DNA of 46,728 nucleotides from a virus (Duplodnaviria; Heunggongvirae; Uroviricota; Caudoviricetes): IMG/VR virus record IMGVR_UViG_2568526103_000007; one strand, 5' to 3'. Shown piece by piece: positions 8,305 to 18,138 of this stretch (position 1 is its first letter; each line of letters starts with the position of its first letter). The notes under the pieces were generated by a model. It saw only the letters and a program-made list of their open reading frames with translations, ran no database searches and was not told where the DNA came from. The position numbers and the translations under genes were made by a program.

Positions 8305-9002
8305 AAAACATCGCCGCACAGATGATTAACTTTGACCGTGAGCAGATGCGTCGGATCGCCAACAACATGCCGGAACAGTACGACGAAAAGCCGCAGGTAC
8401 AGCAGGTAGCGCAGATAATCAACGGTGTATTCAGCCAGTTACTGGCAACTTTCCCGGCGAGCCTGGCTAATCGTGACCAGAACGAACTGAACGAAATCCG
8501 CCGCCAGTGGGTTCTGGCTTTCCGGGAAAACGGGATCACCACGATGGAGCAGGTGAGCGACGGAATGCGTGTTGCCCGTCGGCAGAATAGACCATTTCTG
8601 CCATCACCCGGGCAGTTTGTTGCATGGTGCCGGGAAGAAGCATCCGTTACCGCCGGGCTGCCAAACGTCAGCGAGCTGGTTGATATGGTTTACGAGTATT
8701 GCCGGAAGCGTGGTCTGTATCCGGATGCAGAGTCTTATCCGTGGAAATCAAACGCGCACTACTGGCTGGTTACCAACCTGTATCAGAACATGCGGGCCAA
8801 TGCGTTGACTGACGCGGAATTACGGCGCAAGGCTGCCGATGAACTGGCCTGTATGACCGCGCGAATTAACCGTGGTGAGGCTATACCTGAACCAGTAAAA
8901 CAACTTCCTGTCATGGGCGGTAGGCCTCTAAATCGTGCACAGGCTCTGGCGAAGATCGCAGAAATCAAAGCTAAGTTCGGGCTGAAAGGAGCGATGAAAT
9001 AG
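8301..9002 (+). CDS. P: Replication protein P (DnaB helicase loader)
   Basis: 233-aa ORF; MKNIAAQMINFDREQMRRIANNMPEQYDEKPQVQQVAQIINGVFSQLLATFPASLANRDQNE... matches lambda P nearly residue for residue; start overlaps the O stop. Confidence 0.95.
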   Translation: MKNIAAQMINFDREQMRRIANNMPEQYDEKPQVQQVAQIINGVFSQLLATFPASLANRDQNELNEIRRQWVLAFRENGITTMEQVSDGMRVARRQNRPFLPSPGQFVAWCREEASVTAGLPNVSELVDMVYEYCRKRGLYPDAESYPWKSNAHYWLVTNLYQNMRANALTDAELRRKAADELACMTARINRGEAIPEPVKQLPVMGGRPLNRAQALAKIAEIKAKFGLKGAMK

Positions 9003-9251
9003 AGCTAAAGTATTAGCTTAAAAATAAAGTATACCTAGCGAATATAATCTAGGACTAGTTGTAACGCCCGAAATGATTGATTGCGTGAGCAACAAAATTT
9101 TTCTTCCATTGTTGTGAAATCATTTAGCCATAAAGTTTATGCAGAGATTTTATTTTATTTTTGAGTTGATTTTTTTGTAACGAGCTGTATATTTCGCGCC
9201 TCTTGTCATACCAGTTATTTTTTTCATTATATTCATAACGTTGATTGAACT

Positions 9252-12200
9252 ATGACCACTGTGAATAAAAAGTTAAAAAAAACTGCATCTGGCGCGATTA
9301 CATGGTCGGTAATTGTTACCCAGATATTATCTCCAGTTTCTCTTTCTTTGATCCCAGCAAACAGTTTTGCATCATCTGGTAATAAAGATGTTACGCAAAT
9401 TTATGCCAGCGATGAGCATGCAAATAAAGTGGCCTCATTTGCAGCAAGTGCAGGTCAGAGCCTGGCGAATAATAATGCAAGTAGTTTTGCTGTAAATACT
9501 TTATCAACTCAGGCGACAAAAGAGGTCGTCGACTGGTTGCAACAATATGGCAATGCGCGCATCAAGCTTAATGTCGATGATTCTTTTTCCTTGAAGGATT
9601 CATCATTCGACTTTTTATATCCATGGCTGGATACTCAGGATTATGTGTTATTCAGTCAGACATCACTACATCGTACTGATGACCGAAATCAGACCAATAT
9701 TGGTTTGGGGATTCGTCATTTCACTCCTGATAACGCAATGTTGGGTGCGAATGTTTTCTATGATTATGATTTAAGTCGTAGTCACTCTCGTGCAGGTTTT
9801 GGGGTTGAGTACTGGAGGGATTATTTCAGGCTTGGTGTAAATACCTATTTTGGTCTATCTGACTGGAAGAACAGTCGTGATATTGATGATTATCTGGAAA
9901 GACCTGCAAATGGCTGGGATTTTTCTGCTGAAGGATGGCTACCTGCTTATCCGCAATTAGGGGCATCTATTCAGTTTGAAAAATATTATGGTAAAAATGT
10001 CGGGTTATTTGGAAGCGATAACCTGCAGGAAAACCCTTACGCAGTTACTGGGGGAATTTCTTATACACCAGTTCCTCTGATTAAGTTTTCTGCACAGCAT
10101 AAGCAAGGACAGAGCAACACTCACGATACAACCTTTGGTGTTGAGTTTAATTATCGCCCGGGCGTTTCCTTGGCTGAACAGCTTAGCAGCGATAATGTTG
10201 CAGTTATGCGAGAAGTCCAGAACCGGCGTTATGATTTTGTTGAACGAAATAACAACATTGTTCTGGAGTACAAGAAGAAGCATGCACTGAAAATCAGTTT
10301 GCCAGAGTCTGTTCAGGGGGAGGGGGAATCAATCATCCCTGTAACACTGACAATCAACAATGCTAGTGGTGGTATCAAGTCTGTACAGTGGAATGATAGT
10401 GCATTCACTGCGGCTGGCGGCAAGATCAGTGGAAATGGCACATCATGGCAGATCACTTTACCGGCTTATAAAAGCGAAGGTGTAAATTCGTGGAATGTTG
10501 GAGCCACAGTACAGGATAACAGAGGCAACGTTTCCAACTATGCCGTGATGAATATTAGCGTTACTGATAGTGGTGTCTCGACGGCTGATTCGTCTTTTAC
10601 ACTGGATGGAGATTCGTCGCCGACAATCTCTGCTGATAGCCAATCCACTTATCCGATAGTATTAAGCCTGAAAGATAGTAACGGTAAGGCATTAACCGGA
10701 CTGGCTGATGACATTGAAATGTCAGTGGAATTTACAGCAGATAGCAATAGTGCTCGACAGCGTGAAACGGTAACTGCTCCGTCATTAGGCGCGGTAGAGG
10801 AAATCTCTGCTGGGGTATATCGCTCTGTTCTGGCTGCTGGTTCGCAGGCTGGTACGGTACGTGTAACTGCAAAAGTTCAGGGAAAAACATTTACTCTCAG
10901 TATTAAGCAAACAGCAACAACAGAACCTGATTCTGAGGTCAGTGCTGTTTTAACCGCTGCACCAGCAGAACAGGTAGTTGGTTACAATATCAATCTACAA
11001 CTGGCAGTGAAGGATTCACAAGGAAATGCAATCACTGGTGATAACACTCTGAGCTTTTATGCTCTTAACCAGGCAGAAGGAGTCGAGTTTGGGACTGTAA
11101 CGGAAAAAGACGGTGTCTATAGCGCGACAGTAACTTCAAAACGAGCTGGTAAGATTACTATCGGTGTTAAATCTGATAGTCATGATTTCTCAGGTGTTAA
11201 GAAAGAAATCACCTTTATTGAGGACCGGCAGCAGGTTACATTCTCTCAGTTTGAAGCCAGCCAAAATAATGCATTGGCTGATGGAAAACAGAGAAATATG
11301 GTAACTGTAAGCCTTGCGGACCGTTTCGGCAATGTTGTTCCTGGTTATGCTGTCACATTGTCTTTACCAGCAGGGATAACTCAAGTTGGTGGTGAACATG
11401 CTGTTTCAACTGACGAAAATGGTAATGCTATTTTTGCGTTAATAAGCTCCACTCCGGGGTCTTACGTGATTACAGCTCATGCTGGTTCTCAGATGTCTAC
11501 TGAGTTAACAGTGACCTTTGCATCAAATATGACCGGAGCTTCACTGTCACTGACGCCTGAAAGCAGTAGTTTAATTTCCAATATTCCTGCTAATGGTAAG
11601 GATGCAGCGGTATTAGATGTGCAGCTGACAAATACGAATGCGTCGGTCAATGGGCAAAAGATTCAGCTCATCACCTCATCTGAAGGATTATCTGTACCAA
11701 CAAATATCGTGACTGATTCAACAGGGCATGTTTCTGTTCCGCTTACAACGGTGAAAGCTGGTGAGTACACGGTGACTGCACGGGTGACTGACGGTTCCCA
11801 TAGCGTGGAATCTGGCAGCGTTAAGTTAACTTTTGTGCCCGATGTTGCTTCTGCAGAACTGAATATGAGTGTATCAAAACAGGAGATTGTGGCCGATGGC
11901 AGTGAAAACGCAACAGTAAACATTCAGTTGGTTGATGCGAATAACAATGCGTTTACAGGCGAGGTGGATTTAACGATTACACCATCGACGGGAGCATCAT
12001 TGACCAGTAGTAATCTGCAACTGGATGCTCATGGACAGGCAACAACGCAGTTCACTGCATCGAAATCAGGCCAGTACACAATTCAGGCCGAGTATGTTCT
12101 GGATGGGAAACGCATAACCGCAAGCCAGAATATTGATGCCGTGACGGATGTGAAGGGGGCTGTGTTGGAGATCACATCATCTGCATCTTCGGCTGTAGTG

Positions 12201-12803
12201 AGCGATACCAACAATCTGGTATTTACGTTACTGTTGAAAAGTAAGTCAGGCGAAGCATTAAGTGGTCGAGCATTGAATGTTAAGACATCTGGGCCGTCTA
12301 AATATGGTGCGTTGGTGGTTGATAAAACCACAGTAACGACTGATGAGAACGGTCAGGCTACGGTAAGCGTACATGGTCGAACGGTTGGTTCGTATAAATT
12401 AACGGCGACCTTAAACGAACTTGGCAGTGATGTTAGCGCGGTGAAATCATTCTCCCTGTACGCTGATGACGCAAATGGAGTATTGACTCTAACAAAAGAT
12501 CCTGGTTATGAGACAAACGATGGATCTCCAGTAGGTATTTATGCTCGATTTGTCGATCATTTTGGAAACCCATTATCTGGTACGGTTGAGTTTTCTGCTG
12601 GTAGTGAAGATAGTCCAGACTCTCAACGGGTCAAAATGGAGCCTGCTACAGTAACGTTACACTGGACAGGTAATGCAGCTTCGGAATTCAGCACCTATGA
12701 AAGTGGTTATCACTGGATTAAGGCCAAAATAACGAATAGCAAAAATACATATGAGAAAACAATAAGGACTTATGTTGTAAAACTACCTGAAAAGGATAGT
12801 TAA
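9252..12803 (+). CDS. Inverse-autotransporter adhesin (intimin/invasin family): signal peptide, beta-barrel translocator, multiple Ig-like (Big) repeats
   Basis: 1183-aa ORF; N-terminal signal sequence; beta-domain motifs shared with intimin/invasin (GFGVEYWRDYF, ERPANGWDF, YPQLGASIQFEKYYG); the rest is a chain of ~95-aa repeats rich in T/S/V/G typical of bacterial Ig-like domains; markedly AT-richer than flanking phage genes. Confidence 0.8.
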   Translation: MTTVNKKLKKTASGAITWSVIVTQILSPVSLSLIPANSFASSGNKDVTQIYASDEHANKVASFAASAGQSLANNNASSFAVNTLSTQATKEVVDWLQQYGNARIKLNVDDSFSLKDSSFDFLYPWLDTQDYVLFSQTSLHRTDDRNQTNIGLGIRHFTPDNAMLGANVFYDYDLSRSHSRAGFGVEYWRDYFRLGVNTYFGLSDWKNSRDIDDYLERPANGWDFSAEGWLPAYPQLGASIQFEKYYGKNVGLFGSDNLQENPYAVTGGISYTPVPLIKFSAQHKQGQSNTHDTTFGVEFNYRPGVSLAEQLSSDNVAVMREVQNRRYDFVERNNNIVLEYKKKHALKISLPESVQGEGESIIPVTLTINNASGGIKSVQWNDSAFTAAGGKISGNGTSWQITLPAYKSEGVNSWNVGATVQDNRGNVSNYAVMNISVTDSGVSTADSSFTLDGDSSPTISADSQSTYPIVLSLKDSNGKALTGLADDIEMSVEFTADSNSARQRETVTAPSLGAVEEISAGVYRSVLAAGSQAGTVRVTAKVQGKTFTLSIKQTATTEPDSEVSAVLTAAPAEQVVGYNINLQLAVKDSQGNAITGDNTLSFYALNQAEGVEFGTVTEKDGVYSATVTSKRAGKITIGVKSDSHDFSGVKKEITFIEDRQQVTFSQFEASQNNALADGKQRNMVTVSLADRFGNVVPGYAVTLSLPAGITQVGGEHAVSTDENGNAIFALISSTPGSYVITAHAGSQMSTELTVTFASNMTGASLSLTPESSSLISNIPANGKDAAVLDVQLTNTNASVNGQKIQLITSSEGLSVPTNIVTDSTGHVSVPLTTVKAGEYTVTARVTDGSHSVESGSVKLTFVPDVASAELNMSVSKQEIVADGSENATVNIQLVDANNNAFTGEVDLTITPSTGASLTSSNLQLDAHGQATTQFTASKSGQYTIQAEYVLDGKRITASQNIDAVTDVKGAVLEITSSASSAVVSDTNNLVFTLLLKSKSGEALSGRALNVKTSGPSKYGALVVDKTTVTTDENGQATVSVHGRTVGSYKLTATLNELGSDVSAVKSFSLYADDANGVLTLTKDPGYETNDGSPVGIYARFVDHFGNPLSGTVEFSAGSEDSPDSQRVKMEPATVTLHWTGNAASEFSTYESGYHWIKAKITNSKNTYEKTIRTYVVKLPEKDS

Positions 12804-12814
12804 CAAAATTGAAT

Positions 12815-12842
12815 GGGGAGGGCTTAGCCCTCCCTCTTTTTA
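12815..12842. terminator. Bidirectional intrinsic terminator between the convergent adhesin and esterase genes
   Basis: GGGAGGGC-tta-GCCCTCCC perfect 8-bp GC-rich stem with T-run on the plus side and A/T-rich run on the other. Confidence 0.6.
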
Positions 12843-13096
12843 CAGGTTAGCGTTTGGGTTTTGTTGTTGGGGAGCTGTTTTTATAGGCGCTCCCAGGTTT
12901 TTAGTAAACCACTCAACGACTCTGTTTATAATAATTGGCTGATACCATGTCTTATCGCCATGCTCGGCCCCTTCTACCAGCACGTACTCAGCGTTATCAC
13001 CGTTCTTCTTCAACATCCTGAATAGTTTGGCGCTTTGCTCAGGTGAAACCAGAGTGTCTTTGCTACCATGCATAATAAGAAATGGGGGTTTTACTC
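12840..13096 (-). pseudogene. Secreted alpha/beta-hydrolase (HSL-type esterase), C-terminal fragment, separated from its 5' part by an IS66-family insertion
   Basis: Reading frame continues exactly across the IS: ...SPIGHMKG | VKPPFLIMHGSKDTLV...; the first ~11 codons of the annotated ORF (to 13136) are IS-derived. Confidence 0.75.
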
Positions 13097-13189
13097 CTTT
13101 CATAGTAAGCGTAAACTGACCGCCGTATGTAGCCATCAGACGAGAATTGGTAACTTAGACGCCCATCTGATATAGACGGACATCTAAGT

Positions 13190-13615
13190 ATGGAATTACA
13201 GGACTGGCGAAAAGAACCTCGTAAAAACTATTCGAATGAATTCAAACTTCGTATGGTGGAACTGGCATCACAACCTGGAGCTTGTGTTGCACAGATTGCA
13301 CGTGAAAATGGCGTCAATGATAATGTTATTTTCAAATGGCTCAGGCTCTGGCAGAACGAAGGGCGTGTTTCGCGGCGTCTTCCGGTAACGACCTCTTCTG
13401 ACACTGGCGTTGAATTATTACCTGTAGAAATAACGCCGGATGAGCAGAAAGAACCTGTGGCGGCCATTGCGCCGTCTTTATCCACTTCCACTCAGACCAG
13501 AGTCAGTGCCAGTTCCTGCAAGGTGGAATTCCGTCACGGTAACATGACGCTGGAAAATCCATCGCCAGAGCTGCTCACAGTGTTGATCCGTGAACTGACC
13601 GGGAGGGGAAGATGA
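13190..13615 (+). CDS. IS66 accessory protein OrfA (TnpA)
   Basis: 141-aa ORF with an HTH-like segment (PGACVAQIARENGVNDNVIFKWL); first ORF of the element. Confidence 0.8.
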   Translation: MELQDWRKEPRKNYSNEFKLRMVELASQPGACVAQIARENGVNDNVIFKWLRLWQNEGRVSRRLPVTTSSDTGVELLPVEITPDEQKEPVAAIAPSLSTSTQTRVSASSCKVEFRHGNMTLENPSPELLTVLIRELTGRGR

Positions 13616-13962
13616 TCTCACTCCCATCAGGTACCCGTATCTGGCTCGTTGCCGGCGTTACCGATATGCGTAAATCCTTCAACGGACTGGGAGAACAGGT
13701 ACAACATGTGCTGAATGATAATCCCTTCTCCGGTCACCTGTTTATCTTCCGTGGCCGACGGGGTGACACCGTCAAAATTCTTTGGGCTGATGCTGATGGT
13801 CTGTGCCTGTTCACCAAACGCCTGGAGGAAGGCCAGTTTATCTGGCCTGCGGTACGTGACGGCAAGGTATCCATTACCCGCTCGCAACTGGCAATGCTCC
13901 TCGATAAGCTGGACTGGCGTCAGCCAAAAACATCCAGCCGTAACTCACTGACAATGTTGTAA
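13612..13962 (+). CDS. IS66 accessory protein OrfB (TnpB)
   Basis: 116-aa ORF; MISLPSGTRIWLVAGVTDMRKSFNGL... is the conserved IS66 OrfB N-terminus; overlaps orfA by 4 nt. Confidence 0.85.
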   Translation: MISLPSGTRIWLVAGVTDMRKSFNGLGEQVQHVLNDNPFSGHLFIFRGRRGDTVKILWADADGLCLFTKRLEEGQFIWPAVRDGKVSITRSQLAMLLDKLDWRQPKTSSRNSLTML

Positions 13963-13992
13963 AAAACTCCTGACCGCATTATAAAAACGGTC

Positions 13993-15606
13993 ATGAGTCA
14001 GAAATACCTCATTCGCATCGCAGAGCTGGAAAGGTTGCTCTCTGAGCAGGCTGAAGCCCTCCGTCAGAAAGACCAGCAACTGAGTCTGGTTGAAGAGACG
14101 GAAGCCTTCCTGCGCTCTGCACTGACACGTGCCGAAGAAAAGATCGAAGAAGATGAACGGGAAATAGAACATCTGCGGGCTCAGATAGAAAAACTGCGCC
14201 GGATGCTGTTCGGTACCCGTTCTGAAAAACTGCGTCGTGAAGTTGAACTGGCTGAGGCTCTGCTGAAACAACGTGAACAGGACAGCGATCGTTACAGTGG
14301 GCGGGAAGACGATCCTCAGGTTCCCCGCCAGTTGCGACAGTCGCGCCATCGTCGTCCGTTACCGGCACACCTTCCCCGTGAAATACACCGCCTGGAGCCA
14401 GAAGAAAGCTGTTGCCCGGAGTGTGGCGGTGAGCTGGATTATCTGGGGGAAGTCAGCGCTGAACAGCTGGAACTGGTGAGCAGTGCCCTGAAAGTGATCC
14501 GCACAGAACGGGTAAAAAAAGCCTGTACAAAATGTGACTGTATTGTTGAAGCACCGGCGCCGTCCCGCCCGATAGAGCGTGGTATCGCGGGCCCCGGATT
14601 ACTTGCCCGCGTGTTAACGGGAAAATACTGCGAACATCTGCCACTGTATCGTCAGAGTGAAATCTTTGCCCGCCAGGGTGTCGAACTGAGCCGGGCCTTA
14701 CTCTCCAACTGGGTTGACGCGTGCTGCCAGTTAATGACACCGGTGAATGATGCCCTGTACCGTTATGTAATGAACACCCGCAAGGTTCACACTGATGACA
14801 CACCGGTAAAGGTACTGGCACCGGGTCAGAAAAAGGCGAAAACAGGGCGTATCTGGACGTATGTCCGGGATGATCGCAATGTGGGTTCGTCATCTCCTCC
14901 AGCGGTCTGGTTCGCGTACTCGCCGAACCGGCAGGGGAAACACCCGGAGCAACACCTCCGCCCCTTCCGGGGTATCCTGCAGGCGGATGCGTTCACAGGT
15001 TACGACAGGTTGTTCAGTGCAGAACGTGAAGGTGGTGCACTGACAGAAGTTGCGTGCTGGGCCCATGCCCGGCGAAAAATCCACGATGTATACATCAGCA
15101 GCAAAAGTGCGACGGCAGAAGAAGCCCTGAAGCGAATCAGTGAACTGTACGCCATCGAGGATGAAATACGGGGATTACCGGAGTCAGAGCGTCTTGCCGT
15201 CAGGCAGCAGCGAAGCAAAGTGTTACTGACGTCGCTGCATGAATGGATGGTGGAGAAGAATGGTACGCTGTCGAAAAAATCCAGACTGGGCGAAGCGTTC
15301 AGCTATGTACTGAATCAGTGGGATGCCCTCTGTTATTACAGTGATGACGGTCTGGCGGAGGCGGATAATAATGCTGCGGAAAGAGCGCTTCGTGCAGTCT
15401 GTCTCGGAAAGAAAAACTTTATGTTCTTTGGCAGCGATCACGGCGGCGAGCGTGGAGCACTGTTGTACGGGCTGATCGGCACCTGCCGTCTGAACGGTAT
15501 CGATCCGGAAGCGTATCTGCGCCATATCCTGAGCGTACTGCCGGAATGGCCTTCCAACCGAGTTGACGAACTCCTGCCATGGAACGTAGTACTCACCAAT
15601 AAATAA
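13993..15606 (+). CDS. IS66-family transposase (OrfC, DDE)
   Basis: 537-aa ORF with coiled-coil N-terminus, CxxC zinc-finger pair (CCPECGG ... CTKCDC) and conserved [25 protein letters not shown] / [10 protein letters not shown] motifs. Confidence 0.9.
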   Translation: MSQKYLIRIAELERLLSEQAEALRQKDQQLSLVEETEAFLRSALTRAEEKIEEDEREIEHLRAQIEKLRRMLFGTRSEKLRREVELAEALLKQREQDSDRYSGREDDPQVPRQLRQSRHRRPLPAHLPREIHRLEPEESCCPECGGELDYLGEVSAEQLELVSSALKVIRTERVKKACTKCDCIVEAPAPSRPIERGIAGPGLLARVLTGKYCEHLPLYRQSEIFARQGVELSRALLSNWVDACCQLMTPVNDALYRYVMNTRKVHTDDTPVKVLAPGQKKAKTGRIWTYVRDDRNVGSSSPPAVWFAYSPNRQGKHPEQHLRPFRGILQADAFTGYDRLFSAEREGGALTEVACWAHARRKIHDVYISSKSATAEEALKRISELYAIEDEIRGLPESERLAVRQQRSKVLLTSLHEWMVEKNGTLSKKSRLGEAFSYVLNQWDALCYYSDDGLAEADNNAAERALRAVCLGKKNFMFFGSDHGGERGALLYGLIGTCRLNGIDPEAYLRHILSVLPEWPSNRVDELLPWNVVLTNK

Positions 15607-15636
15607 GCGTCAATACGGTGCTCCGTTGACGCTTAC

Positions 15637-16423
15637 CTTTCATATGTCCGATTGGACTGGCGTTTAGCGCTTTTTCTTTTGACGCTGTGATGGGGGCTCC
15701 CGCAAAATTTCTGAATGCAGGGCCATTGATCATTAAGGCTTCGGTTACGGCAGGAGAGCGATGAACCTCCTGCACTGATTCAGGGAACCCCTCGCCAATA
15801 TTCAACAAGTCAGAAATCCCATAAAGTGTGGCAACTGCCTGAACATCTGAGGATTGCTGAAGAAAGTCACCTTTATCAAAGGTTTTGTCACCATTTGTAG
15901 TTCCCATCATCTGGGCAAGCCATCCACCGGCAGAGTCACCCAGAACTCCGATTCTTTGAGGATCAATCCCATAATTGCTGGCATGCTCTCTCAGGTAACG
16001 TATTGCAGCTTTTCCATCCTCAACTGGTGCTGGAAATGTATCAGGAATTGTTCTGTATTCTACAGCGGCCACAACAAAACCAGCTTCTGCCAGAGCCATT
16101 CTCATTTCAATAAATTTGTCATGTTCAGAAGACATGAATCCGCCGCCGGGATAATAAATAATGGCTGGTTTTAAATCATTTGTTCGCGGGACAAGAACTG
16201 ACATGTGAAGCTGTCTGACAGAACGAGTTCCTTTTATCTGGGAATAAACAACATCACCAATGAGATCGACCTGGTTTCTGGTCGGTGAAACACTAATGAT
16301 ATCTGCACCCGGGGTGTAACCAGGAAGATTAGTCTGGACAGGTGTTGCACAACTCCCGACCGACATGGCCATTGACATACCATACAATAGTGTTGCAGAT
16401 GATAATATCTTGTTAATTTTCAT
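15637..16423 (-). pseudogene. Secreted alpha/beta-hydrolase (HSL-type esterase), N-terminal 262 codons, interrupted by IS66
   Basis: Signal/lipoprotein-like N-terminus (MKINKILSSATLLYGMSMAMSVGSC), oxyanion-hole motif YYPGGGF and nucleophile elbow GDSAGG; the annotated ORF runs on into the IS for 14 codons before stopping. Confidence 0.8.
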
Positions 16424-16870
16424 GTTTTACATGCCTTGACTTATCGGATGAAATTCTCTTACTAAATTTAACGGCAGTTTAATAGCCGTACAACTCGTGG
16501 TAGCCAGGGAAATATCCCAGTCGTGGTTAAGGTTGTACTTGACGGCTATTATTTCAACAATGCTTAAAGTGAGAGCTTAAGGTTATGCGTATGTTTTACA
16601 GTCCGAGTAGATTCTGACCAATAGCTTCTTTGTATAATTCTGTCAGAAATAAATCTTGGCTTGCATGAAGTTTGAGACCTTATCTTGTTTGATTATGAAT
16701 AATCAATTCGCCATAATTGTATCACCGGAGCCTGAACAACTCCGGTGACTTCTGCGCTAAACGGGGACGTTTATGCGCACACACAATCCAAACTCTCTTC
16801 TCCCTTCACAGATGCAGAAATGCACCTGCGTTTTTTTGCATCTAGCGTCTGACCTCTGTGGAGGTGAAGC

Positions 16871-17326
16871 GTGAACCTACCACAAGATGGCATCAAACTG
16901 CATCGCGGTAACTTCATCGCTATCGGCCAGCAGATCCAGCCTTATCTGGAGAACGGAAAATGCTTTCGCATGGTGCTTAAACCGTGGCGTGAGAAACGCA
17001 GTCTTTCCCAGAATGCACTCAGCCACATGTGGTACAGCGAAATCAGTGAATACCTCATCAGCAGGGGGAAATCGTTCGCTACCGCAGCATGGGTAAAAGA
17101 TGCTCTCAAACACACATACCTCGGTTATGAAACCAAGGACCTGGTTGATGTCGTAACCGGCGAAATCACTACTATCCAGTCGTTACGCCATACCTCCGAT
17201 CTCGATACCGGAGAGATGTATGTCTTCCTGTGTAAGGTTGAAGCCTGGGCGGTGAATATTGGCTGCCACCTGACTATTCCGCAGAGCTGCGAGTTCCAGC
17301 TGCTGCGCGACAAGCAGGAGGCGTAA
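16871..17326 (+). CDS. ninB: NinB-family recombination protein
   Basis: 151-aa ORF with apparent GTG start and GGAGG RBS; [12 protein letters not shown] resembles lambda NinB RSLDQNRKLWA; first gene of a ninB-ninE-ybcO-rusA block. Confidence 0.65.
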   Translation: MNLPQDGIKLHRGNFIAIGQQIQPYLENGKCFRMVLKPWREKRSLSQNALSHMWYSEISEYLISRGKSFATAAWVKDALKHTYLGYETKDLVDVVTGEITTIQSLRHTSDLDTGEMYVFLCKVEAWAVNIGCHLTIPQSCEFQLLRDKQEA

Positions 17327-17496
17327 TGGCTACACCGCTTATTCGTGTCATGAACGGACACATCTACAGAGTACCAAATCGTCGTAAGCGTAAGCCTGAG
17401 CTGAAACCATCCGAAATACCAACACTGCTCGGATATACCGCCAGCCTGGTTGATAAAAAATGGTTGCGACTGGCAGCAAGGAGGAATCATGGCTGA
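17326..17496 (+). CDS. ninE: NinE-like small protein
   Basis: 56-aa ORF not in the supplied track ([56 protein letters not shown]); ATG overlaps the ninB stop (TAATG); matches the remembered DLP12-type NinE. Confidence 0.65.
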   Translation: MATPLIRVMNGHIYRVPNRRKRKPELKPSEIPTLLGYTASLVDKKWLRLAARRNHG

Positions 17497-17779
17497 CTTG
17501 AGAAAAGCAGCGCGTGGTCGGGAATGCCAGGTAAGAATCCCTGGCGTATGTAATGGCAATCCTGAAACGTCAGTACTGGCACATATCCGGCTGGCTGGAT
17601 TGTGCGGTACCGGTATCAAACCGCCAGACCTGATTGCCACCATTGCATGTTCTGCCTGCCACGACGAAATCGACCGTCGCACGCATTTTGTTGACGCTGG
17701 ATATGCAAAAGAATGTGCGCTGGAAGGTATGGCGAGAACACAGGTTATCTGGCTGAAAGAGGGGGTAATTAAGGCGTGA
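17489..17779 (+). CDS. ybcO: YbcO-like protein (DUF1364, putative nuclease)
   Basis: 96 aa from [27 protein letters not shown]...; cysteine/histidine cluster; matches remembered DLP12 YbcO; start overlaps the ninE stop. Confidence 0.75.
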   Translation: MADLRKAARGRECQVRIPGVCNGNPETSVLAHIRLAGLCGTGIKPPDLIATIACSACHDEIDRRTHFVDAGYAKECALEGMARTQVIWLKEGVIKA

Positions 17780-18138
17780 ATACTTACTGCATCACACTAC
17801 CCTGGCCGCCGAGCAATAATCGCTATTACCGCCATAATCGCGGACGCACGCATATCAGCGCAGAGGGGCAGGCATACCGCGATAATGTCGCCCGAATCAT
17901 TAAAAACGCAATGCTGGATATCGGCCTGGCTATTCCTGTGAAAATCAGCATTGAGTGCCACATGCCGGATCGCCGTCGCCGTGACCTTGATAATCTGCAA
18001 AAGGCCGCTTTTGACGCACTCACCAAAGCAGGTTTCTGGCTGGATGATGCTCAGGTCGTTGATTACCGCGTTGTGAAGATGCCCGTTACCAAAGGTGGGA
18101 AGCTGGAGCTGACTATCACTGAACTGGGAGATGAATGA
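17776..18138 (+). CDS. rusA: RusA Holliday-junction resolvase
   Basis: 120-aa [45 protein letters not shown]...; matches remembered DLP12 RusA almost exactly. Confidence 0.9.
   Translation: MNTYCITLPWPPSNNRYYRHNRGRTHISAEGQAYRDNVARIIKNAMLDIGLAIPVKISIECHMPDRRRRDLDNLQKAAFDALTKAGFWLDDAQVVDYRVVKMPVTKGGKLELTITELGDE

Larger units (their letters stand above)
13105..15636 (+). mobile_element. IS66-family insertion sequence (2532 bp) with 8-bp target-site duplication CTTTCATA
   Basis: Termini GTAAGCG... / ...CGCTTAC; identical 8-bp direct repeats at 13097-13104 and 15637-15644; three co-oriented ORFs typical of IS66 (orfA, orfB, orfC). Confidence 0.85.

Noticed and set aside
15854-16174. 106-aa plus-strand ORF inside the esterase gene
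   Set aside because: Antisense to an ORF with clear alpha/beta-hydrolase motifs.
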